Shown one piece after another: positions 1-8,027 of a DNA stretch of 64,000 bases (position 1 is its first letter; the number at the start of each line of letters is the position of its first letter). This DNA comes from an uncultured Chloroflexia bacterium. GTDB lineage: Bacteria; Chloroflexota; Limnocylindria; Limnocylindrales; CSP1-4. The position numbers were made by a program, and so were the translations under genes. The stretch lies in NCBI GenBank assembly GCA_963752475.1, contig CAVVYR010000008.1:574110-638109 (forward strand), written 5' to 3'. Under the pieces are notes generated by a model, which did no database searches, was not told where the DNA came from, and saw only the letters and a list, made by a program, of their open reading frames with translations.

Positions 1-681
1 GACCTCCGCGTGTCGCGTGACGCTGTCACCGATGCGCTCGGTCAGCAGCACCACGAAGCCACTGTCGCGCGCGATCCCGACGTCGATGGAGCGATCGGGC
101 CGGTCAACGAGGACCTTCGCCGAGCGTGGATGCCGGGACCGCACGATGACTGCTTCCCGACCAGCCACCGACTGCGTGCCGACGACTGCGAGGGGACCGG
201 TGACGAGGACATTGCGGAACAGCCCGTGAGGGTGGATGAACGTCTCGGCCAGGCTGCCCGCCGGCAGGCGCGTCAACGGCTGGTACTGGCGCGCGAACGT
301 CGGCAGGTCGTCCTGGTCGGAGCCAGCCACGCGAGCGGGCAACGCTCGAACACTCGCGACGTTGGTGGCCGCGTCGTAGGCCGTTGCGGTCGCGCCGTCA
401 CTGAGCCAGATGGCGTAGTCGCGTGTGAGTTGCTCCGCACTGCGTCGGGTGGTGACGCGGGCGTGGCCCGGGTGCTTGAGCTGGACCTCGACGGTCGAGA
501 CCTGCTCGCCCTTGGCGTTGACCACGCGGTCCTCGATGGACATGCGCAGCGTCTGCACCCGCAACTCGGCCTCACGAGCGAACGAGAACAACTCCTCGAT
601 GGTGGGGGCTTCGTCGGCCATGGCCACGCGCGCCGCGGAGGGCGCGATCTGGTCCTGACCTGTGGGGATGAGGTCTGACAT
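1..681 (-). CDS. Hypothetical protein, runs off the window start (possibly LolA-like fold)
   Basis: Open frame read manually from ATG at 681 (MSDLIPTG...MADEAPTIEELFSFAREAELRVQTLRMSIEDRVV...). Not in the ORF track because no stop lies in the window. Directly downstream of the methyltransferase. Confidence 0.6.
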   Translation of the reverse strand, partial: MSDLIPTGQDQIAPSAARVAMADEAPTIEELFSFAREAELRVQTLRMSIEDRVVNAKGEQVSTVEVQLKHPGHARVTTRRSAEQLTRDYAIWLSDGATATAYDAATNVASVRALPARVAGSDQDDLPTFARQYQPLTRLPAGSLAETFIHPHGLFRNVLVTGPLAVVGTQSVAGREAVIVRSRHPRSAKVLVDRPDRSIDVGIARDSGFVVLLTERIGDSVTRHAEV

Positions 682-692
682 CGCAGGTGATG

Positions 693-1334
693 CTACCCGA
701 CCGACCCGCCTTGGGGAAGTGCGCGCCGCACGGCCACGACCTCGATGAGGTGGAAGTGATGGTCCTCACCCAGCGCGGTCTGGCCATCCTCCTCCTTCTC
801 GGTCCAGTGCTCGATCTCGAAGCCGGCGAGGTACCCGCGGATCACCTCGGGCGCGGGACAGGTCATGTCTTCCTCGCCCGCGGCATCGTCGTTGTCGGCG
901 AAGAGCATGCCGCTGAAGCGTCCGCCGACCGGGATGGCGGCGAGGATTCGCGCCCAGGTGGCCTCATAGTCGTCGGCCGGCTGGAAGGGCAGGATGAGGT
1001 TGGCGTTGAGCAGGTCGCAGCCTGGGATCTCGAAGTCCTGCAATCTCGAGACCTCCGTCTCGAGGCGATCGCGATCCGCTTCGGGCGTCAGTTCCCACAG
1101 GCGCTGGGGTCCCTCGGGCGTCATGTCCGTGGCCAGCACGCGCCAGCCACGCCGGAGCAGTTCGCGCGTGTCACGTCCGGCACCACAACCGAGGTCGACC
1201 GCGAAGCGGGGGCCTGCGGCTGGGTGTTTGCCGAAGGCCTTGGCGGCGGTCCTGGTGGTGGTCCATGAGGGTCGCTCGGCGGTCACGTCGTAGTAGTCGG
1301 GCCAGTGGGTCTCGGAAGCGTTCTTGTCGGTCAT
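693..1334 (-). CDS. Class I SAM-dependent methyltransferase (TehB-like)
   Basis: Motif I AVDLGCGAGRD followed by WRVLATD; 213 aa. Confidence 0.85.
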   Translation of the reverse strand: MTDKNASETHWPDYYDVTAERPSWTTTRTAAKAFGKHPAAGPRFAVDLGCGAGRDTRELLRRGWRVLATDMTPEGPQRLWELTPEADRDRLETEVSRLQDFEIPGCDLLNANLILPFQPADDYEATWARILAAIPVGGRFSGMLFADNDDAAGEEDMTCPAPEVIRGYLAGFEIEHWTEKEEDGQTALGEDHHFHLIEVVAVRRALPQGGSVG

Positions 1335-1484
1335 CGTCAGGCCAGCGTAGCGTCATGCTCGAGGCAGCGACGTCGTCAACGCCGTCCTGATGGCGCCCGA
1401 TCAGGGCCGTGGCTTCCTGGCCCACCGGGCAGAGCCTCAGGCTGCCTCACGTGACCTTCTGTGCGCTATCGCCGAAGCTCTCCT

Positions 1485-1522
1485 TCGCCAGGCGTACGAT
1501 GTCTGGTCGTCGCCGCCATGGC
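1485..1522 (+). repeat. Left terminal half site of the array (attL-like)
   Basis: TCGCCAGGCGTACG followed by the C-site right half ATGTCTGGTCGTCGCCGCCATGGC; the C-site left half is absent. Confidence 0.75.
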
Positions 1523-1553
1523 TGGGCGGCGCAGCCGAGGCGGCGCGCTGGGA

Positions 1554-2174
1554 CTAGTCAGCTGGTGGCCCGGTGGGCAACGGATACAGCTGGCGGCCCC
1601 CGGTCATGTCCGGGACCGGCTCGTCGGGGAACGACAGCATCTCGGCCTCGAAGATGTGGCCTTCGTATGCCAGGTCCCACGGGCCTTCCGCGTCCGCTGG
1701 GGTCACCCCGTGCAGCAGCGCATAGAGTCCCTCGTAGGCACCCTCACCGGCTAGGACGTAGAAGCTGTACCGCTTGCCGCCGCCGTTGACCCAGCGTCCG
1801 GTGCCACGCCAGCGCCCGTCCTCATCTTCCAGCAAGCTCCGGCTGACCGTGTTCATGGCGCCGTCGAGCACGTCCGACGGCTTCCAGATGAGCGTGTAGT
1901 CGAGCGTGAGCCAGAGGTCGTTCGGGAGTCGTGGGTCGCTCCACTCGACCACCTGGCGCATGAGAGCTGGCCGGCCCGTCCCGACCGTGATCTCATACCC
2001 CCGCACGTCGGAGGGGACGTTCGCTTCGCTGAAGCTGTGGCCGTACACCTCGACCACGGTGCCGGTGACGAACGTTACCGGGGCCGGCACTTCCTGTGCC
2101 GCTGCGGTGGTTGCCAATCCGAAGCACAGCGCCAGGCTACCGAGGAGCGTCAGCGAGGCTCGAGCTGCAGGCAT
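1554..2174 (-). CDS. Secreted 'WSDPRL' family protein (cassette 1)
   Basis: Signal peptide ending AAA-Q; motifs VTFVTGT, EWSDPRLP, GEGAYEGL, YEGHIF; ends PPAD*. Confidence 0.85.
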   Translation of the reverse strand: MPAARASLTLLGSLALCFGLATTAAAQEVPAPVTFVTGTVVEVYGHSFSEANVPSDVRGYEITVGTGRPALMRQVVEWSDPRLPNDLWLTLDYTLIWKPSDVLDGAMNTVSRSLLEDEDGRWRGTGRWVNGGGKRYSFYVLAGEGAYEGLYALLHGVTPADAEGPWDLAYEGHIFEAEMLSFPDEPVPDMTGGRQLYPLPTGPPAD

Positions 2175-2197
2175 TACGCACCTCCAAGTGCCCGCGC

Positions 2198-2270
2198 GCG
2201 GGCCGGGTCCGCCAGTGGCTTGACGCGGTCCAGGCGGCCATGGCTGGGGCCGCGCGTCATCGCCTCCCGC
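2198..2270 (-). ncRNA. c-di-GMP-II-like riboswitch variant (copy 1)
   Basis: Minus strand GCGGGAGGCGATGAC...TGGCCGCCTG...AAGCCACTGGCGGACCCGGCCCGC just upstream of the SD; GCGGG/CCCGC closing stem. Confidence 0.65.
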
Positions 2271-2323
2271 TAACTACGATTCTCTCTCGCGCGTCCATCA
2301 AGGCCGCCTGAGCAGCGTCCGAA

Positions 2324-2369
2324 ATCGCCATGTATAACGGGTCTCGGTCTGATCGTTGCCGCCATGGCG
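2324..2369 (+). repeat. C site
   Basis: ATCGCCATGTATAACGGGTCTCGGTCTGATCGTTGCCGCCATGGCG (divergent copy). Confidence 0.85.
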
Positions 2370-2592
2370 CAGGCAGCCGAGGTGACGATGGGCTAGTCCA
2401 TGGGGTCAGGCTCGGTGGTGACCGGAACCGGAGCCTCTGGGAACGCCAGCATGTCGCCCTCGAAGACGTAGCCCTCATAGGAGACATCGGTCGGGCTTGG
2501 CATCCGCACCCCCGGTCCCCAGGGCACGGCGTGCAATCCCTCGTAGGCACCTTCGCCGGTCAACTCGTAGAAGCTGTACTTGCCGTGGGAGC

Positions 2593-3768
2593 TAGTGCCT
2601 CATGCCGCAATGGCGGGGAGCGAATGATGGACCTCGGCCTTGATGCGCCAGGGCTTGGCTGGGCGGCAGTTCCGGTTGTGCCAGCGGAGGTAGGCATGGA
2701 TGGCCGCACCCTGCTCGTCGTGGCTGGCGTGGTCGCTGCCGTTGAGCGCGAAGCGCCGGAGGGCCTGGAACTGGCACTCGATGAGGTTGAGCCAGCTCGC
2801 GTAGGTGGGCAGGTACACGAGTTCGATGTCGTGCGCGTCGGCCCACTCGCGGAGCTCCTTCTTGAGATGCGGGCTGAAGTTGTCGAGCACCACGATGAGG
2901 TGCTCGTCGAAGCGGGCCCGCAGCGAGCGCAGCAGCTCGCGCACCTCGCGCCAGGTCTTGGTCGCCCGGATGTGGCCGTAGAGCTTGCCGCTCGCGGGAT
3001 CGTAGGCCGCGAGCAGCTGGCGCACGCCCGCGGTGCGCGTGTAGGTGGCCCGGAGGCGGGCCGGGTGCTTGCTCGGATGCCAGCCCGCTCCGAGGCGTGG
3101 CTGCAGGTTCAAGGGGCCGAACTCGTCGAGGCAGAGCACCCGGCTGCCCGCGGGCGGATGGGCGTAGAGGTCGAGCACGCGGTTCTTCTTGGCCTCGAAG
3201 TCCGGATCGGGCGAGGCCTTCGGGGTCTTGTGGTGCAGGAAGCGGATGCCATGCTCACGCAGGATGCGCCGGAGCTGGCTCCCGCTGATGGTCGGCACCA
3301 CTCGCGTCCGGAGCAGGTGGTCGCGCAGCTTGGTCAGACTCCAGTCGGTGAAGGGCTCACCGAGGTCTCGGGGACGGGCGAGAGCCACCTTCACGATGGC
3401 CGCGCGCTGGGCCTCATCGATCCGGCGTGGTCGGCCCCCGCCCTTCCGAGGGTCCAGGGCCGCGAAGCCCCGCTCGTCGAAGGCGTGGATGAGTTCGGCC
3501 ACGTGCGTCGCGCTGGCGCGGTGCAGCCGCGCGATCTCGGGCACGCTCTGGCCCTGGAACGAGGCGAAGAGGAGCATCGCCCGGTGCTGCGTGGTCGGGT
3601 TCGTACTGCGACGAGCGAGCCTGAGCAGGTGCATCGCCTCCCCATCGCTGAGCTCACGGATGAACAACTCGGGCCGGCGGGCCATCTGCACCTCCCTGCG
3701 ACGACGGGCCGAGGGTCGACCCTTGCGACAGTGCGATTACCTACCGGACATTATGAATCGAGGCACTA
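2593..3768 (-). mobile_element. IS630-family insertion sequence
   Basis: TA duplication (2593-94 and 3767-68) in a CTAG context; imperfect TIRs GTGCCTC...AATG / CATT...GAGGCAC. Confidence 0.9.
2600..3691 (-). CDS. IS630-family DDE transposase
   Basis: N-terminal HTH, GGGRPRRI, LCLDEFGP, VVLDNFSPH, LPTYASWLNLIE. Confidence 0.95.
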   Translation of the reverse strand: MQMARRPELFIRELSDGEAMHLLRLARRSTNPTTQHRAMLLFASFQGQSVPEIARLHRASATHVAELIHAFDERGFAALDPRKGGGRPRRIDEAQRAAIVKVALARPRDLGEPFTDWSLTKLRDHLLRTRVVPTISGSQLRRILREHGIRFLHHKTPKASPDPDFEAKKNRVLDLYAHPPAGSRVLCLDEFGPLNLQPRLGAGWHPSKHPARLRATYTRTAGVRQLLAAYDPASGKLYGHIRATKTWREVRELLRSLRARFDEHLIVVLDNFSPHLKKELREWADAHDIELVYLPTYASWLNLIECQFQALRRFALNGSDHASHDEQGAAIHAYLRWHNRNCRPAKPWRIKAEVHHSLPAIAA

Positions 3769-4194
3769 GCGATCAATCGCCCGGTGCCACTCCAACTCCC
3801 GACCTCATCCACCAACAGATGGTTGGTCGCGATGGTGGTCCATCCCCACTCGTCGGCAGGATGGGACACCGACTGGTGGTCCAGGGTGAACCAGTGCTCG
3901 GCGGGGAGTCGTGGGTCGCTCCACTCGACTCGCTGCTCGATGAGGTCCACCCGGCCGCCGCTGGTCACCTCGTAGTCCCCCACGATGGTCGGCGGGTCTG
4001 GCTCGATGTCCTCCCAGTCCCGTGCTTCGGTGTGCACCGTCATGTCCCATGGGAACCCGGTCACGAAGGTGATGGGGCCAGGTCCCTCTGACTGCGCAGC
4101 CGCCGTGATGAGCAGGCTGGCGAGCAGGACAAGAGCGGATGCCCCCGCCAGTACTGTCCGCAATGTACGCATCTCGCACCTCCTGGGTGCATGC

Positions 4195-4269
4195 GCGGGC
4201 CGGGTTCGCCAGTGGCTCGGCGCGACTCAGGCGGCCAACGTACGCGAGTCGGACTTCACGGCCTCCCGC
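4195..4269 (-). ncRNA. c-di-GMP-II-like riboswitch variant (copy 2)
   Basis: Same leader; inner stem CGACTC/GAGTCG is compensatory relative to other copies. Confidence 0.7.
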
Positions 4270-4310
4270 TACCGATGATTCTCTCGCGAGCGTCCATCGG
4301 CAATCCCGAA

Positions 4311-4355
4311 ATCGCCATGAATAGCGGGTTTGGTCTGGTCGTCGCCGCCATGGCA
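4311..4355 (+). repeat. C site
   Basis: ATCGCCATGAATAGCGGGTTTGGTCTGGTCGTCGCCGCCATGGCA. Confidence 0.9.
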
Positions 4356-4381
4356 CAGGCAACCGAGGCGGCCAGAAAGGG

Positions 4382-5263
4382 TTACTCGGCGGGCTTGGCC
4401 TCCGTCGTCCCGTCAACATCCGTCAGCGTGGCGCTCTCCACAACCGCAGGCTCGTCCGATGCGTTTCGGATCACATAGACCGTGTCGCCCGCGAATGAAC
4501 CCGACGTGAGAATGTCGGCATCGGGCGCGATGAACCTGACCGAGTCGGTCAGCGCCCCGTCGACCTCGGATGGGGCAGCGAAGCCGCTCTCCAAGCGACC
4601 CTCTTCAAGCGCCAGGAGGCGCAGCACCCCGGCTTCGTCAGAGTCAAGCACCAGCTGGCCGCCGGGATCGAACGTGATTCGTTCGAGGATGACCGCGACC
4701 GGGGCACTGATCAGCTCGGTCAGGGTCTCCTCGGCCGGGAAGTCCCAGACCAGCAACTGGTAGTCAGCACCCGGAGCAGGCTCCCTCGGTGTCTGCGGCT
4801 CAATGCTGTTGGCGATGCCCACGATGAACGATACGTACGGTTCCGTACCGTCGATCACCCACGAGCCCGAAGCCGCGCCGTCGTAGTACAGCACCACGTC
4901 ACCAGCACCGAGGGCGATGGTGGCCATCGGGTCCGGAGCTCCATCGGAGCCGTCCTCACCCCAGAGGTGTGCCCGCGTGTCCTTCACGACCTGCGCGCTC
5001 CCTTGCTCCACGTACTCGACGTAGGTGTAGCCCGCTGGTTCCTCCGACCCTTCCTCAGCGCTGCTGCTCGGCTCGACCATGACACGCGCGAACCACGTGT
5101 GATCGACATCCGGGGGTATGGCTTCCACAGGGATGACACCGCGGTCGCTCAGGACATCGACGTCGACGCCGGACGTACCTCCTTCTGCCGCGACCGCAGG
5201 CCCGAGACTGAGAACCAGCATCGTGAGAGCGGTGCCCGCGAGGCACTGACGTACGGTACGCAT
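4382..5263 (-). CDS. Secreted protein, probable tandem cupin-like domains (cassette 3)
   Basis: Signal peptide MRTVRQCLAG...; two beta-rich repeats (YVEQGS...LGAGD, ALEEGRL...IRNASDEPA); ends KPAE*. Confidence 0.75.
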   Translation of the reverse strand: MRTVRQCLAGTALTMLVLSLGPAVAAEGGTSGVDVDVLSDRGVIPVEAIPPDVDHTWFARVMVEPSSSAEEGSEEPAGYTYVEYVEQGSAQVVKDTRAHLWGEDGSDGAPDPMATIALGAGDVVLYYDGAASGSWVIDGTEPYVSFIVGIANSIEPQTPREPAPGADYQLLVWDFPAEETLTELISAPVAVILERITFDPGGQLVLDSDEAGVLRLLALEEGRLESGFAAPSEVDGALTDSVRFIAPDADILTSGSFAGDTVYVIRNASDEPAVVESATLTDVDGTTEAKPAE

Positions 5264-5280
5264 GGATCCCCCTTTCCAGC

Positions 5281-5353
5281 GCGGGCCGGGTTCGCCAGTG
5301 GCTCGGCGCGGCTCAGGCGGCCATGGTGTGGGCCGTGCGTCGTCGCCTCCCGC
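5281..5353 (-). ncRNA. c-di-GMP-II-like riboswitch variant (copy 3)
   Basis: Full leader copy upstream of SD AAGGGGG and ATG 5263. Confidence 0.7.
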
Positions 5354-5393
5354 TCAGTTGATTCTCTCGCGGGCGTCCAACGGTTCGCACGAA

Positions 5394-5438
5394 GTCGCCA
5401 TGAATAGCGGGTTATGTCTGGTCGTCGCCGCCATGGCG
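5394..5438 (+). repeat. C site
   Basis: GTCGCCATGAATAGCGGGTTATGTCTGGTCGTCGCCGCCATGGCG. Confidence 0.9.
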
Positions 5439-5474
5439 CCCGTGCGTCCGGCAGCCGAAGGCGGTGCGAGGGGG

Positions 5475-6026
5475 TTACTCGGCAGGCGGCAAGACCCACT
5501 CTGGTGGCTCGGGCCAAGCGCCGGGGATGATGACCCCCTCGACCTCCCAACCACCGGGAGCCGGACGCTGGATTAGCATGGCCGAGAGGCCCTCGTACCC
5601 ATGCTCACCGGTGAAGTAGTTCACGTAGTGGCTGACTCCGGTGCCCGGCGTGAAGCCCTGACCCGCCATGGTCCAGGAACCGCCGTCGTTCGTCAGGCGT
5701 CCGATGAGCGTGCGCACCGTGGCCCCGGAGCCGTAGACGTCATAGTTGGAGTTCGCCTCCAACTCTCCGCTCAACCGCGGGTCGTCGGTCTCCAGGCTCA
5801 ACGTCCAGCCGTAGTTCCGCGTGGACGCGACCATCGGCTGCGGCGAAGTCTCGGTCTGGGCGGACTGGTTCGGGGCGACGGCGCGGATGGTGCCGGTGAC
5901 GACGGCGGGCGCGAGAACATCGGCTTCCGAAGCCGGGTCAGCATCCCGCGCCACGCCGGTGACGCTCGACGGTCCGAGCAGCGCCAGGGCGACGGTCCCC
6001 ACCAAGGACAACCGCAACGTACGCAT
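5475..6026 (-). CDS. Secreted WSDPRL family protein (cassette 4)
   Basis: ATG 6026 MRTLRLSLVG after SD GGGGGA; ETDDPRLSG, GEHGYEGLSA, VEGVIIPG; ends PPAE*. Confidence 0.85.
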   Translation of the reverse strand: MRTLRLSLVGTVALALLGPSSVTGVARDADPASEADVLAPAVVTGTIRAVAPNQSAQTETSPQPMVASTRNYGWTLSLETDDPRLSGELEANSNYDVYGSGATVRTLIGRLTNDGGSWTMAGQGFTPGTGVSHYVNYFTGEHGYEGLSAMLIQRPAPGGWEVEGVIIPGAWPEPPEWVLPPAE

Positions 6027-6044
6027 GACATCCCCCGTTCGTGT

Positions 6045-6117
6045 GCGGGCCGGGTTCGCCAGTGGCTCGGCGCGGTCCAAGGCGGCCATTGCTGGACCGC
6101 GCTTCGAAGCCTCCCGC
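6045..6117 (-). ncRNA. c-di-GMP-II-like riboswitch variant (copy 4)
   Basis: Perfect 10-bp inner stem GCGCGGTCCA/TGGACCGCGC. Confidence 0.7.
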
Positions 6118-6167
6118 TATGTAGATTCTCTCGCCGACGTCCATCGGCTCCTCGGCCGTGCTCCAGA

Positions 6168-6212
6168 ATCGCCATGCATAGCGGGTCATGCCTGGTGGTC
6201 GCCGCCATGGCG
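6168..6212 (+). repeat. C site
   Basis: ATCGCCATGCATAGCGGGTCATGCCTGGTGGTCGCCGCCATGGCG. Confidence 0.85.
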
Positions 6213-6238
6213 CAGGCAGCTGGGGTGGGGGAATGGGG

Positions 6239-6838
6239 TCAGCCGAAGAAGACCGCGTCGATCAGCGCGAGCAGTGCGAACAGGGCGACGGGCAGCACCA
6301 CGATTCCCAGCGCGATCAGGATCAGGAGTTCTCGGTCCGGGCGGCGAATCCCCTTGCTGCGGCGTCGGATGATGCTCCCGACCCTGTCGCCGAAGGCGGC
6401 GCCGATCGAGACCGTCACGAGCGCAGCGACGATGCCGTCGGGGATGTCGTCCTCGGGAAAGCCGAGTCGGCCACCGATACCGGTACTGAGGGCGAATCCG
6501 ACGAGGGCTGCCGCCGCCATGGCGCCGATGAGACCGACCACACCGAGGCGTCGTCGTGGGGACGGCGAGTGCCCGATGATTCCCGCCGGGACGACCGCGA
6601 TGAGGATGCAGGCTGCCCAGAGGGTGATGGTCTCAGCAGACAGACCCCGGTAGCACCCCCAGCACTCCGGGTCGTCGTATCCGGGTTCGTAGAACTCCTG
6701 GATCATGTCCACCCACGCCGCTCCGAGCACGAGGCCGAGGACGAGGCAGAGTGCCGCTGCTACCGCGATGGCCGCGATGATTCGCCCGACGCCCGCAATC
6801 GGATCGACGCTGGTCCCACCCACGGGACGAGGTGCCAT
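6239..6838 (-). CDS. Multi-pass membrane protein (cassette 5)
   Basis: ATG 6838 with SD GGAGGGG; about 5 hydrophobic segments; CWGC in the first loop. Confidence 0.7.
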   Translation of the reverse strand: MAPRPVGGTSVDPIAGVGRIIAAIAVAAALCLVLGLVLGAAWVDMIQEFYEPGYDDPECWGCYRGLSAETITLWAACILIAVVPAGIIGHSPSPRRRLGVVGLIGAMAAAALVGFALSTGIGGRLGFPEDDIPDGIVAALVTVSIGAAFGDRVGSIIRRRSKGIRRPDRELLILIALGIVVLPVALFALLALIDAVFFG

Positions 6839-6981
6839 GTCTGTCGCCCCTCCATCCACCGATCCGCCAATCCCGATCGTCGCCGGTGTCAGCGTCGGGT
6901 CAAGCAAGGTGCAGCCGTGCTACGTCTCGTAGCCTCCCGCTACCTACAATTCTCTCGCGGGCGTCCATCAGCCGACCCTGA

Positions 6982-7026
6982 ATCGCCATGAATAGCGGGT
7001 TTGGTCTGGTCATCTCCGCCATGGCG
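6982..7026 (+). repeat. C site
   Basis: ATCGCCATGAATAGCGGGTTTGGTCTGGTCATCTCCGCCATGGCG; only the 5' part of the leader (6914-6970) accompanies it. Confidence 0.85.
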
Positions 7027-7209
7027 GTTGACCGCGCTTCGATACTTAGGCACAGAAACGGGGGCACCCGGGGCGATGAGACGCTTCCTGTCCCGACGGC
7101 CAGATCCAGAGCGTCGCTTCGTCGAGCTCCTCGAGCGCGCTCGCGTGATGACGGATCCTTCATGGCGCGACCACGCCACGTCCGACGAGCAGCTCGCGAT
7201 CAGGGCGCA

Positions 7210-7824
7210 CTAGCCGCCCAGCTGGTACCTGCCCCGCTCCAGCTCCTGGACGTCGGGGCAGAAGTCGCCGCCCTCCTGCCCTTCGGTGGAGGCGATGCCC
7301 ACGAAGTACAGATCGTCCGGGTCGCCCACCAGCTTGCGATCGACGGTCAGCGTCAGGATCGTTCCCTCGACCTCGACGTCGACGACGCCCCAGAACACCG
7401 GGTCGCCCTCGGTCAGCGTCGCGTCGAACAGCGGGGCACCGGACACGGCCTCCTGCTCGAGCGTGGCTCCATGGACGACGAGGACGTGGGTGATGTCATC
7501 GGGGAAGACCGCCGCCGGATCGGCCGACAGGCCGACCCACAGCTCATCCGTCGACATCGTCTCGACGTCATACGAGAGCGGTGGCTCCGCGGCGAACTCG
7601 AAGGTGAAGCTGACGAGGGATTGCCAGGGTTCAGCGATGCTGCAGGACAAGAAGTCGGGCCCTGCGCCGCCAGGGACGTCGCCGACGGGGTCCTCGTAAA
7701 CCGCCAGCGGGACGATCGGCGCGTCGGTCGGCTCCGGCTCGACCTCGGCGGCAGCCACCCCGGTCGCGCTCGCCAGCACGAGCGCAGCGGCGGCCGTCAG
7801 GATCCTCGATATCAGGGTCATCAT
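7210..7824 (-). CDS. Secreted acidic beta-rich protein (cassette 6)
   Basis: Signal peptide ...GVAAA; EDPVGDVPGG motif; two Cys. Confidence 0.8.
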   Translation of the reverse strand: MMTLISRILTAAAALVLASATGVAAAEVEPEPTDAPIVPLAVYEDPVGDVPGGAGPDFLSCSIAEPWQSLVSFTFEFAAEPPLSYDVETMSTDELWVGLSADPAAVFPDDITHVLVVHGATLEQEAVSGAPLFDATLTEGDPVFWGVVDVEVEGTILTLTVDRKLVGDPDDLYFVGIASTEGQEGGDFCPDVQELERGRYQLGG

Positions 7825-7838
7825 CCCCTCCTGTCACG

Positions 7839-7905
7839 TTCCGCAAGTGGCGTGGCGCGGTCTGGGGCGACCGTGGTCGACGGGCCGTGCGTCATCGCCT
7901 CCCGC
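7839..7905 (-). ncRNA. Degenerate copy of the riboswitch-like leader
   Basis: 5' half intact (GCGGGAGGCGATGACGCACGGCCC); 3' closing strand lost. Confidence 0.45.
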
Positions 7906-7956
7906 TACACCCAATTCTCTCGCGGGCGTCCATCAACCACCCTTGAACAGCACGGA

Positions 7957-8001
7957 ATCGCCATGAATAGCGGGTTTGGTCTGGTCGTCGCCGCCATGAC
8001 G
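7957..8001 (+). repeat. C site
   Basis: ATCGCCATGAATAGCGGGTTTGGTCTGGTCGTCGCCGCCATGACG. Confidence 0.9.
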
Positions 8002-8027
8002 CAGGCAGCCGAGGCGGCGCGCTGGGA

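Larger units (their letters stand above)
2393..4172 (-). pseudogene. Secreted WSDPRL family gene (cassette 2) interrupted by IS630
   Basis: Removing the IS and one TA restores the frame: ...WSGTGRLIAS|SHGKYSFYELTGEGAYEGLH...YEGYVFEGDMLAFP...PMD*. Confidence 0.85.

Noticed and set aside
1363-1377. 15-bp match GGCAGCGACGTCGTC shared with 15393-15407
   Set aside because: Short, GC-rich and not extendable colinearly; could be chance.
2198-2270. ZTP (pfl) or c-di-AMP (ydaO) riboswitch
   Set aside because: Only short words are shared (ACUGGCGAA, AACCCGG). The GCCUGGGC 3' hairpin of pfl and the ydaO core are missing; the c-di-GMP-II layout fits much better.
4191-7179. Short ORFs containing IAMNSGFGLVVAAMA or AEPLANPAR
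   Set aside because: These are translations of the repeat modules; frames and lengths are not conserved among copies.
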